This document shows, in pieces, positions 11,999 to 23,384 of a stretch of DNA of 64,000 nt. Under the pieces are notes generated by a model. The model did no database searches. It was not told the origin of the DNA and was given only the letters and a program-made list of their open reading frames with translations. Source of the stretch: Cladosporium halotolerans. Lineage: Eukaryota. The position numbers were made by a program, and so were the translations under genes. The DNA lies in NCBI RefSeq assembly GCF_011745625.1, contig NW_027191457.1, positions 186,001 to 250,000 on the forward strand, given 5' to 3'. How positions within the stretch are numbered: position 1 is the stretch's first letter; each line of letters opens with the position of its first letter.

Positions 11999-13047
11999 TG
12001 TGATTTGTGTTTTCGGGGGTTAGATCAATGGAGGGGTATCGAAGAGGAAGTTGTGTAGTTGCGTCGCTTGCTGATTTCCGTGTGGTGAAGTGGTGAATGG
12101 TCGGGCAAGGAGATGGGATCGTCCGAATTGAAGCCACGCTTCATCTCCAGAAAGCTCGAGCAGGGTGCTGCAGGTGCGGGCCGGGACGCCGCGCGGGGAA
12201 AGCATTGGAACGCCGCGGTCGAGGCTCTTCAGAGCCCGAGTCTGGAGACTCTGCAAGGTGTTTCTTGCTATCGACCGTCAAGGTTGCAGAAAATGATGCA
12301 CCACACACCTGCTTCTGGATGACCAACTTGATAGAATTCCTAGGCACCACCTCTGACACCGACACACCTAAAGTGATTCGTCCGGTTCTGTGGTTGACAC
12401 AAGACCGAAATATCATGGCACGTGAGCGCCTCAACGCTCCCGTCCAGAACACAACCATACCGAATACCTTGTCAGGTCCTCATATCGCATTATGCTGCTT
12501 CATGGAGTGCAAACAACGCCAAGCCCGTCACATGGCGCGTTCTCATTACGCATTTCCTTCAAAAGCTCAGGTCGCTCTCGCGGAGACGCAGGCCGTCTGA
12601 ACCATTCTTCTCCCTCCCCTCGCTGAGGAAATGGGGATCTATCCTAATTAGCATCGAGATATCCCTTTTCCTCTCCTTCTCTTTTACTTCCTTTCCTTTA
12701 CCTTTGAGATGAGGCGGCGTATGTTATTGGCTGGTGGCGTTGTCATGAAAAGACAGTGCAATAGACGAACTGTCTCACGTGAGACACATTTCGCATACTG
12801 CCTGGTTTGTCGCTCTTCAGCTACCGTGGTATACTTCACTTGATAGCTCAGTTGCTTGAGCGGAAATGGAACACCGGGTAAGTAGGGCAGTCTGCTTCTA
12901 GACCAAGACATGCTCGCGGTGCGCCGGCGTCCGCGGCCCCAGGATGGACATTCCGGCTGCAGACTCTTTGGCATGCCGAGAACACGGCTTGCAGAATGCT
13001 AGGGTTTCTCTAAAAGCAATTTTCTCCGCAATCGCCACGATGGCCCG

Positions 13048-13104
13048 CGCGAAAGGGAACACATCTCGTAAAACGCGCCCGCGAAACAGACTTGAGTCGC
13101 GAAA
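13048..13104 (+). promoter_or_regulatory. Cluster of three CGCGAAA (SCB/MCB-like) elements
   Basis: CGCGAAA at 13048, 13080 and 13098, plus ACGCGC at about 13073, all within about 60 bp of intergenic DNA. Confidence 0.4.
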
Positions 13105-13859
13105 CGTTCAGATCTAGGCCGCAGACTTCCAGTCGCGCGATCGAAGATACGTGACGGAGGGTGTGCTGTCTGCGGAGTATACTTTCAGCCTTTTATCAAG
13201 TCGGCCCCACACCAAGTCCTTCGTCTGAGACTTCGCGCCGGATCAGCCGATTAGAACAGCAGCGGTGAGATCATAACATCGTGCACGAGAGTCAGTCCTC
13301 CATTCCGCCGCGTCTTCGTCGCGGCCAGCGGAAGTGGTGGTATGAACAGTTCCGTGAATCCGACGCATAAAGGTTAATGAGGCTTGCCCTGACAGCAGGT
13401 CCAGCAGGATGTGCGGCAAGCCACATAGGGCAACAAGCAGCGTGCCCAGCAAGTCTTGCTCACCGTGACTGCTCGACTGGGAATCGTCCCGCGCAAGTGC
13501 CGCGACTAGTGCAGAGTCTGTCTCGGCGATCTTTGCCCTCGGATTGGTCGTTCGCGCATAAGGCGCGGACTTCGGAGCGTCGCCTTCTCTGTTCCGCTCG
13601 GATACGGGCGGGAGCTCAAGCCTTATGATTTGCGATGATGACGGAAGCAACAGTGCGAGTCTCGTGTGATCCGATCGAACAAAAAGGATGGCGCCCGCCT
13701 CTCGCGCCCTACCCGTCGTGACCGACGTCAACGTCGACGACGAACAACTCCTCACTCACTGCGCTGGATAGCAGCTGGGCGACCTCTGGCAGGGCTCAGA
13801 CATACTTGGAAATTTCATTACTGGACGCGCGACTAGAGACTTGCATAACTCGGATCGGG

Positions 13860-14611
13860 ATGGAGCAGGCTATGATGGCTGGAAAACGCGCCAGGTCGGT
13901 TGCGTGATACTCATACCTTGTAGTACCATTCACTGACACGCTTTTAGAAGCACAAGTCGCGTGTTCCCAATGGCCACGGCCATTCTCGCTTTGTCATACC
14001 ATGCTCTCACGGCACTGCTTTGCACGTACCTTCCCCGCGACTGCATGGTGATTGGATACGGAGCGGCAGGATATGCCACCGCAGGCTGCGCATTCAGCTT
14101 GCTCGGCCTCTATGGCATTCTCACTGTAAGTCTTCGCCTCATCATCGTGGGATAATGACTCAAATAGACTAACTCATCAAAGCGCAACCGAACATTGATA
14201 TGTCTTTTCGCAAACACATTGCTCCTGGACGCCTTCGTCTCGACCTGCGCGCGTCTTCTCGTCCTCGAACTCTTCTTCAACACAACACACAGCCAGGACA
14301 CCTGCTCCGACATCATCGAGGCCATCTGGACCGACCAACACCAGCCCTCGCACGACGTCGTCACCAGCTTTGAGTGGCAACAATCCATCATGAAAGCTGG
14401 CATCTGGTGTCGCTTTGCTCTTGGAGCCGTGCACGTCGCGTGCGTTGGTGTGCTCGTCTGCACGAGCGCCGCGCAAGGAACGGTCGCCGTCGCCGTAAGA
14501 AGCTACGGCATGCAGCTCGGCGCTGCGCGAGAGCACGTCGTCCTGCTGGACGAAAAGCACAAGCTTAAAGAGACCTGGGACGTCACGGTGGAGAGGGTGG
14601 AAGACATATGA
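13860..14611 (+). CDS. Four-transmembrane protein (tetraspanin-like topology), 213 aa
   Basis: Exons 13860-13894, 13948-14125 and 14183-14611 join in frame via canonical introns. Four hydrophobic segments, with two Cys (DTCSD, IWCRF) in the loop between TM3 and TM4. Confidence 0.65.
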
Positions 14612-14781
14612 TCTGTGCCCCTTTCTTGGACTCGAACAGAACGCCGCCATGTACCAACAACCCAACCGAACGTAACGCCATATACCCACTCGAATCAATC
14701 TGAACTTCTTTACTCCAGTCGTTTCCCATCCATTCCTCATCTTCTCATTCCCCCCCCTCCCACTTCCAAACCCCCATCTCA

Positions 14782-15375
14782 TCACTCCCCAACCAACCGA
14801 ACCCAACACTCCACCTCCCAGACCCCACAACTCGCACACCCACCTCCCTCCCCCGCCTCCTCACACCGACACCTGTCGACATCCCACCCCCTCACAACCC
14901 TACAATGCGCACACAGCAGCCGCACCCTCCTCCCCCTCTCCAGCGCCCCGTCCCCATAAGACCCAGGAAGCCCGCGCGCGACCAGCACGCGCTCGAACCA
15001 CCCGTCGTGCCACTTGCAGACGGGCGCCGCGCGGCCGCGGAAGGCGGCCAGCGGCATCGGGCCCGCGCACAGGATGCACTTGCGGCGGCCGGAAAGTGCG
15101 AGCGGGCGCTCGGAGAGGTGGCGGCGGAGGGCGTGGAGTTCGCAGTCTGATTCGGGTTGGGCGTGGGATTGGGTGGTTTTGGGGTGGGAGGGAGAGGGTG
15201 GGGAGGGGAGGGTGTTGTAGAGGGGTTTGCAGGTTAGTTTTAAGGAGGTGAGGGAGGAGGGGGGGAGGTGGGTGGTTATGAGGTGGAGGAGTTCGGGGGG
15301 GAGGGTGGGGAGGGTTGGCGTTGGTGTTGTTGCTGTTGACGGGTGAGTTGGCTCGTTGTGAGGTGGGGTTGTCAT
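14782..15375 (-). CDS. Small F-box protein with Cys/His-rich C-terminus
   Basis: F-box motif LPTLPPELLHLITTHLPPSSLTSLKLTCKPLY, followed by CxxC (CILC, CAHC, CASC), CxxH (CKWH) and CxC motifs. Confidence 0.8.
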   Translation of the reverse strand: MTTPPHNEPTHPSTATTPTPTLPTLPPELLHLITTHLPPSSLTSLKLTCKPLYNTLPSPPSPSHPKTTQSHAQPESDCELHALRRHLSERPLALSGRRKCILCAGPMPLAAFRGRAAPVCKWHDGWFERVLVARGLPGSYGDGALERGRRVRLLCAHCRVVRGWDVDRCRCEEAGEGGGCASCGVWEVECWVRLVGE

Positions 15376-17713
15376 TGTTGGTGGTGTTGGTGCCGGGTGT
15401 TTGTTGGACGCATGCCAGTTGGTGATGTGGTGTTGGTTTTGAAGGCGTGGGTGTCTACCGGTGGATGGCTCGTTTTCTGCAGGTCCTGTTGGGAGTATAT
15501 GTTCGTACGTTTGCTACAAGTCGTGGAAGAAGGCAGCCGCGTCGACTCAGGCAATACAGTGTCTCGTGATCCTCGAACGTCTCTCGTCGCTGCTGATATC
15601 CGTTTCTGGTGCCACGGTCTGACTGTCTGACACAGACGAGATGCAATAACATGCGAATAAAGAACAGAAGGCAGGTGTCGAGAAACGACAAAACAATCTT
15701 CTACGTTCAGATCCATTGTCACCAAACCCCTACTCTGCCTTTCCCTGACCCAAGCAACCCAAAAAGTCATTTGATTGCACCAGCACGTCGCGCGTCATAC
15801 CCACGGATCACAGGCCGCCAGCGAAGTGGGAGCAACCCTGCTCACTGCCCAGTTCCAAGAATCAACCTTGCGATCACATATTCGAAACAACTACCACGTG
15901 CATCGTGAACCTTGCCCCCTCAAGAAGGAGAAAATCACTTGCGGCAAGAGGGCACGAGGAAGCCGGTTCGCGCGCCCCAACGTAAGTCGTCACATTAGGC
16001 TCGCGCGAGATGGTGTGGTAGGTTTGAAGCTTGCGGACGTCACCACCGCTTCTCCTTGGAGGGAGAGCCGGGTGACGGTAGACGCTTAGCACCTGGGCGC
16101 GTGCATGAGACGGCGGGCATGCGTGATGGGGGACCGTATTTCTGACGTCTCTCATTTCAGGACTGCAGCTTTGCGCGCGTGCGCTGCCGGGCTGGGTGCA
16201 TGACTGACTGCTCCGTGGTACAAGCACTGCAAGGTACCCCAAAGTCGCTGGTCGCAGTGGGCGACACAGGCGGCGGCCTGAGTTCTGTGCTACAGCGGCC
16301 AGGCGGCAGGATGCACCCTCCCGTACTTTATCATCCGTAAACTGTAGGCTTGCTTTCAACGGAGAGGCCTTGTACTTGATACACGGACAGCCAACTTCAG
16401 GGAATAATGCGAACCAGGCTGCCATCCGCGGATTGCCAGTTCTGAAACCGCGGGTCGTCACGGGGTCAGCCTTGCAGGGCGTCCAACAGGGCGGCTTGAA
16501 GAGGGATCAACCCGGTCATGCAACCGTGCCAGTGCCTACACATAATCGTCGTTCTCGTATGACGAAGTCATCACAAACGCACATCAAATCACCTTACCTT
16601 ACCTTACTGCTCATAGAGCGTGGCGTCTAACCTTTGTTCAACCTCACACCACACACGCAACTCGCCTTGGCCACGAAGCCGGAATCAGCACAACACCAGC
16701 GGCAACACCAGCGACCTCACAGCTCAAGACCAAGACATCAAAAGTCCCCTCAAACCCGAATAGATTGATGCCGACTACCTAACGCACCGGATACCGCACC
16801 AGAAGAGAAAGACGCCGACCAAAAAGAAAAAAAAAACACGAATCTTTCCTTTCCATGTTCCTCCGCCCCACGAACAATCACAAAAACACCTTCGTGTCCG
16901 CCCAAATGTTTCCCATCAACAAGTGATACCTTATCCCCGGCAAATGCACCACGATCAAAAAACACAAAAGCAAAAGCAAGCATTACCCGTTTCCCTCCCA
17001 TCTCAGCAAAAAGACACCTTGGTATCCGCAACCGACCTTTCCCCCCCTCGCTCCCACCCGAAACCCCGCAAAGCACGTAGAAAGCCTCGTCGTGACCCGG
17101 AGGTCTAGAAAGGTAAGTGAAGACCCCAAAGAAAAAAAAGCAGATGGAACACCACACCGTCCTTGTCCTTCCCTCTGGAAGATCGAACCGGCCAAAGCGA
17201 GAGCCCGCCAGCCCGAACCCTCCGTTCTTTCCACCCTCCAATGAACAAAACAACAGCGTCGCTGCGACGCTCTCGCAACAAATTTTTTCCTCGTCCCGTT
17301 GATTGGTATCGACAATTGTTGTTTTTCCCAAAGACACCAGTCCCAGAAAGCCGTGCAGGCAAGCAAATGCAAACACACTGGTATGCCGACACCGTCCGTC
17401 CATCCGTACGCGCGCGCGCGATCTTTTCTTTTGTGCGCGTCAGAAACACCCCGCCAAAACAAGTAACAAGCAGATAGCAGGGGAAAAAAAAGGAAACACC
17501 AGACGAGTCGTTTTTTTACTTCTCTCCCAACCAAAGACAAACCCATACTCCGCCGCTTGCGACGAACAAAAACTCCGAGATAAGATTTCGATGCTCCGGG
17601 AGAAAGATGGGAGGGAAAATGTCGCTCAAAACATCGTGCGTAGCCGAGTCGTCGTCGTCCCGGACAAACACTGTGTCATCCACAAGAAGATTCTTAGGAT
17701 TTTCTTAAATCCC

Positions 17714-18947
17714 TTAACCCCAAACGCTAGCCTGCGCGCTGCCGAGAGCATTCTTGCCCCAGACGCCCGCGTTGCCGCCCCAAGCGCCACCGAGCCCGAC
17801 GTTCTTGTCCGCGAGCGGCGGGTTGGAAGCCGAGGAGGCGGAGCGCTCGTCCTTGAGCTGCTGCGGCTGCGGGACGGCGGCGGCGGCCGGGCCCTGGGAC
17901 TCGGCGCTGCTGAAGCCGTAGGCGAGCGAGGACGGGGTCAGGGGCGTGGTGGAGCGCTTGTTGAGGTTGACAGCGGCGCCGGGAGCCTGCACGGGGCGGG
18001 TGCCGATGGGCGCGACGCCGGAGATGCCGCCCTTGGGGCCTTGGGCGAGCGGCGGCGAGCCGCTGGGGGACGAGTTGGAGGTGCGGCGGCTTTGCTGGTC
18101 GTTGAGGAGGGCGAAGGATTGCTGCGCGGACGGGTTGCTGACGGGCGAGGCGGTGCTGTTGGCGCGGTCGCGGGGAGGCATCTGGACAGCGCCGTCGTTG
18201 CTGGCGGCGGCTTGGGCTTGGGCGCTGAAGGGGTCGAAGGCCAGGGGGGAGGCGCCGCGGGCGCCGACGGGCACGCGGGCGTCCTGGCTGGCAGGGCGAG
18301 CGGCGGCGGTGCCGTCGGCGTTGTAGAGGGTGGAGTTGTCGCCGTACAGAGCGCGATGCTGGCGGGCAATGAGTTCGCGACGGTCTTCCTCGCTCATGGT
18401 GTTGGGGCTCATGGCGCGGTCGGTCTTTGCGCCGGAGACGTCCTCTGGGGAGATATCGTTAGATTGTTCCAATGCGGGCTGAGTGCAGTCCTAGGTACTC
18501 ACTTCGGTTGTACTGCTGCTCTTGGTGGTAGTTGCGCAGCTCGCGTTCCCTCTGCGCGGCCATGCGACGCTTCGCCTGAAGCATCTGCTCGGCCTCGCTG
18601 TGACGGTTCTGCGCCGGGAAGCGCTGGCCGGCGTAGAATCCCTGGAGACCAGCGGAGCCCGGTCGGCCAGCGTCGAGGTCACCGCCCACGGAGAGATTCC
18701 TCGAGGACGCAGAGGTGTGCGCACTGCCACGGCGGCCGGCCTGGAGATGGCTCGGGAGCCAGTTCCCGCTCTTCATCAGGTTGTCCGTCGCGCGCTCGAT
18801 CTCCTCGAATTGCAGGGCGAAGGCATTGGACTCGGTCTGCTGCGACATAGCCGAGGCGGCGCCCGAGCGGGAGGGCGGAGGCTGCTGCTCGAAAGACGGC
18901 TGGCGACTCTGGGCGGACCAGGTGCTGTCGTTGTCGTAGAAGGCCAT
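17714..18947 (-). CDS. Conserved-looking fungal disordered protein of unknown function
   Basis: ORFs 18459-18947 and 17714-18472 join through intron 18502-18445 (GTGAGT..CTAAC..CAG), giving …AAQRERELRNYHQEQQYNRKDVSGAK…EEDRRELIARQHRALYG…GVAPIGTRP…ASVWG*. Confidence 0.85.
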
Positions 18948-19010
18948 GGTTGTGGAGGGATCGGCCGTTTCGAGGTAACGTTAGGGGTTTGTCGTAAAAA
19001 TGTCGAGAGT

Positions 19011-19215
19011 CTTTGGTGAATGTGTCAGCGGACAATTTTTTTATGGATCGACATCTGAATGCGCCGGCCAGCAACACACGTGCTCGGGCACCTGCAGCGC
19101 CAGCCCGAGGCAGGACCTTCGAAGCCCACGCGACGGGCGGGTCATGTAGGCGTGCGAGAGTGGTGATGCGCGGGTGGGCGGGCGGGCGGGCGACAGTGGA
19201 CAGACACAGACATAC
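19011..19215 (-). other. Probable 5'-UTR intron of the 17714-18947 gene
   Basis: Minus-strand donor G|GTATGT at 19215, branch GCTGAC at about 19029 and acceptor AAG at 19013-19011. No ATG is visible in the immediately upstream exon. Confidence 0.45.
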
Positions 19216-21162
19216 CGTGCAGGGAGAACAGGCGCCGCGGCAAGCAGTAGACAGGCTCAGCAAAGGAGCAGGAGGGCCAAAGGAAGGTGGAGGGGTGCGA
19301 GGGAGAGACGACTCGGGAGGCTCGTACAGCAGGGCAGGGTGGCCTGGGAGGAGGTGGTGGCTACGGTAGCTGCTAGGTAGGACTAGAGGGTGCGCGCCGG
19401 CCGCCAGAGCGCAGAGGGTGGTGCTCGGCGTGGGCGGCGAGTCGGCGTGGGCACTGGCACACTGGGCAGGCGCATCTGGCAGCGAGCCCCAAATTTCCCG
19501 CTCGCTGGCCGCCCCTCAACACCTTCCTCCTCCCTCCGTAGCGCCGCCATTTATATTGGCGGAAACACCCGCCCGCATGGGGCGCCCACCGCCGCGCGAC
19601 GTGATTTCGATGCGGCGCGCGCCCGCGAGACACCGGGAGCGCTGTGATGTTTGCACGATTGCGGCCGGGGATTGAGTGTGACGGGCGGCTGTGATTGAGG
19701 AACTGGTGTTGCTCGGAGTCTCGCTCGTGCTCCCCGACATGAACGTTGGAGCAGCACGGCTCGGCGGCGCTGATCGTCGTCTCGCACCACCGCGCGCTAC
19801 AGGCGCATGTATGTAGGTACCTTGCTGCACACTCCGGTGTCACTCCTCCGCCCTCGACCGAGCGGCGAGCGCAAACTCAAGCAGCCTCGCACGGCAGCTA
19901 TTCATCTCCTCGCCCACCCGCCCTCCCTGCACACGCGCCAAGTCGCCCTTCGCTCCACTTTTTCGCGTCTGCCATCCACGAAGGGGCCCTTTGCCGTTGA
20001 CCCGCTGCCCGTCACCCAGTCATGCGCCGCCCGCGCACGTGTAATCGAGCACCCGGCGACCCTTTGTTCGCCTGCCGACATCCGATCCGAACCCTGCCCT
20101 GTCGCCATTCGGCGCCCGCCCGAGTCCTGCCCTGGCCGCCGTTTCTTCACGCTTGACTTGCGCCGGACGATTTACACATCTGTCCTGGCATATCGCCTCG
20201 GTCTATAGCAATCAACCCAAGAAGCCTCGATGCACGCCATCGCAGCTCGCTGCTCATGCATGCACGCCTGCCCGCCTCCTCACGGCCTCGGGCGGCCATC
20301 GCTGTGCTGTCGTGCTTAGCTCCATGCACGACCCCCACCGAGCGGCACCATCTCCACACGACATAATCTCGACAACGCTTTCCGCGGCTCCTGAAGCCCT
20401 ATTCATCAAGCACCAGGCCGTTCGGCATGTGAACAATCCTGTAGACGCGTACTTCACGGCAACCGGGTTGCGTTCTTAAACAGGGCATCAGGAAGCGGAA
20501 GTCGTACGGCGACGCGGATAAATGCGCGTTGGCTTCTTCCATTGCTACCTCACTCCAACCCACGCCGGCCGATCCACGACCCCGCGCAGCATGCGCTCAT
20601 GCATCTACACACGCAGCTGCATCAAAGCGATCCGACATGAACCACGCCCGTGCCATCGATCAGAAAATAAGCACGGCGGTGTGTCATTCTGCTCGACATC
20701 TGCAAGCCTAACAGCCGGGTCCTCCACGTGCGGCATGTCCACTTCACATGCATCTCCAGCTTGACGTTACGCTCACCCCCACGTTTCGGTCACGCGCTCA
20801 GAGTCCAAACTTGCGCCTTGCACCGATATACGCAGCATGTCACATTGTACTCATGAAGTGTAAAACATTATGTATATGCTAGCGGTGAGAGCTGCGGCGG
20901 TGAGTACTTACACATGTGATGGATTGATCATGTTTGCCTTGGCAGGTCACAATCAAGTGTTTGATCCCACATTCCATTTCACGGTTGGCATCTAACTCCG
21001 AATGGCTCGTCGCATATTCGCATAATGAACGTTTGCATTTTGTGTCGACCTAAACATTGGAAGCCTCGAATGGGTTCCTCAGCTGACAACGCCGAGAAAG
21101 TATACAGGAGCCGTAACGCATAACAATCTCTTATCATTACATACATGACCTTCCTCAAAAAC

Positions 21163-22031
21163 CTAGCAACCTCCGCCGCCACCACCACCGTCTCCACCGC
21201 CGCCTCCGCCACCAGCACTGCCACCAAAACCCCCAGAGGCGGCACCCACCGCGAATCCTCCTCCGGTAGGTAGCAGCATCCCAACAAGCATCTGACTCTT
21301 AGAAATCGCAGGCTTCTCGCAAAGCGTGATAGCCAAGAAAACCGCAATCGCTGCAGCCTGTCAAGACGTCAGCATCAAAGCCCCGACCGACTCCTCGAAA
21401 GAGGGCGAAAACAATAGAGGGGAAAACTCACCAACGCAGCATCCACATCCTCCGCAACGCTCACCTCCCACTCATTATCCCTAAACGGCACCCTCGCTTT
21501 CAACCCGTTCCCAACAATCCGCGTCTGCACCACCACATCCTCCCCATCGAAAACAGCAACATCCTTGCTCGACGCCCGCCGCCCCTCCCTCTCCTCCCCG
21601 CCCAGGGCCTTCTCCTTCCTCCCCACCAACTTCCTCGCCTCCCCCAGCAGAACCTCCACCCGCTCCTGCCCCCTCTGATGACTCCACTGCAGCGTCGCGA
21701 GCGCCTCGTCCTCGTAGTCTTCGCGGCCGGGGAGCGCGACGGTCCAGCGGAGTGGGCGGCCGTTCGCGCAGCGGAGCGAAAAGACCGGCTGTCCGCGCGC
21801 GTCGAGGAAGGTGCGGTGCGAGGTCCACTTCTTGTTGTTGGGCTCGCTGGTCGTGGTGTAGAGGGTTTCGCCCGAGGCGGTTGCGAGCGTGTAGGTGTCG
21901 CTGGAGAAGGTCGAGTCGTGTTGCGTTAGGGTGAGGATTGTTGGTGAGGTGGTGGGGTGGGGCGTGGGGAGGAGGTGGAGGAGTTTGGAGGCTTGGGATG
22001 GGGGGAGGGTGCGGGTTATTGTTGATGTCAT
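21163..22031 (-). CDS. LURP-one-related / tubby C-terminal-like (scramblase-fold) protein with Gly-rich tail
   Basis: Exon 1 is 22031-21432 (FSSDTYTL..GETLY..RTFLDARGQPVFSL..WEVSVAEDVDAAL). Intron 21431-21358 reads GTGAGT..GCTGAC..CAG. Exon 2 supplies the terminal hydrophobic helix AAAIAVFLAITL and the tail …GGFGGSA-G7-D-G7-C*. Confidence 0.75.
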
Positions 22032-23384
22032 GTTGGTTGGTTGGTTGGTTGGATGGATGGCTGAGATAAGGTAGATGGATAGAAGAGTCGTCTAGATCTC
22101 GTCCAGAAGTTTTTGAAATATCAGCGTCGGATGTTATACTCGTTTTCCAACCCATTGAGGCCGTTGCCGTCTTATATCCTTCGTTCCTGCAGCCACCCTT
22201 CCATCCACCTTCAGCCGCAGTATACAGGACAGAACAGATACCAAGCCCTCGATTCCCCACCGTCGATCTCCCACTCAGCCCTGCAACAAGGCTTAGCCGG
22301 CGCCCTTATCCGCAGCTTCCATCAATAGCGGCATCGGTAGCAACGATAGCAGCAAGTCACTGACGCTGGGCATTCTGCTATTTAGACCCAAAGGAGTAAG
22401 CATGAGGTCAGGAGGATTCACTTGCACGGCTCCACGTGAGGCTGCGGGGAGGCGGAGTCGAGCGTTGTGAGATGCGAGGGCTCGGCGCCGAGGCGCGATC
22501 GGATGGGCGGTTCCGAGGGCGAGGGTAGGTTCTGACGCCGAGGATGGAGTAGGAGGAGTTGTTTGTGTTTTCTAAACTACTCTGATCACCTACTTCGCAG
22601 CTGGAGTCTCTCTTGTTTGCCTGCGAATGGGCTGGAGTGTTGTCTTTTGGCGCGGTGAGCTGGGACTTGACTGACTTTGGCGTTGCTGGCCTGGTCCAGT
22701 TCTTTCCTAAGCAAAACACGAAATTGAATGCTTAACGTCGTCTTTCAGAAGAACAACGAAGAATACGGCTCCATAGCAAGGGACCGTTGTGCCGCTGGGA
22801 TGACTCTACTGGACTGCGCCTGAAGAGCGTGTGTTCCTCAGACACACTCTGGCTGGTCACATTGAGAGTTCGACCTTCACACACCTTGCCCGTGCCACAT
22901 AGGGGGTCGAAAATCTACCGATGCCAGATCTAGCGGCGGCCACATCTACTCTCATGTTACGAGGTTCGTTCAAGTCTGCTGACTTCGGGCGGTCTGGCGG
23001 TTGGGTTTGTTTGGCTCTCAGCCCACGACGTCATGGCTTTTGCGCAGACCCCGTTCGTTATCTTCAAAGATCTCTGGCACGAGTGAAGCAGCATTGAGTT
23101 TTGATAGAACGTAGGTTTCTGTCTCCTGCAAGCCCCTCATTTTTTCTCTCTGCGCAATCTCTCATCATATCGGTTTCGTTCATTCTCGTATTTCCATTAC
23201 CAAATCTCAGGCTTTAGATCCTGTGACGAAAGACTACGCCAGCCTACCCCGCCAAGAAAAACCGGATATCTGCCTTGCCTGAAGATTCACTTCACCGTAA
23301 CTTTATTCGATCTTGAAGATTAGCCAAGCACACAGGTTGCTCATCCAGAGTAAACGTATCAAACCTGCACTAGACGCCCTGAGA

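Noticed and set aside
18459..18472. Overlap of two same-strand ORFs suggesting a programmed frameshift
   Set aside because: Fully explained by a canonical 58-nt intron.
17303..18850. 515-aa plus-strand ORF
   Set aside because: Antisense shadow of the GC-rich minus-strand gene; the translation is low-complexity with no motifs.
18965..19215. Apparent non-canonical GT-GG intron (CTAAC branch at 18984-18980 followed by AAACGG, no AG)
   Set aside because: A canonical GCTGAC..AAG acceptor at 19011 explains the same donor; there is no evidence for GG use without RNA data.
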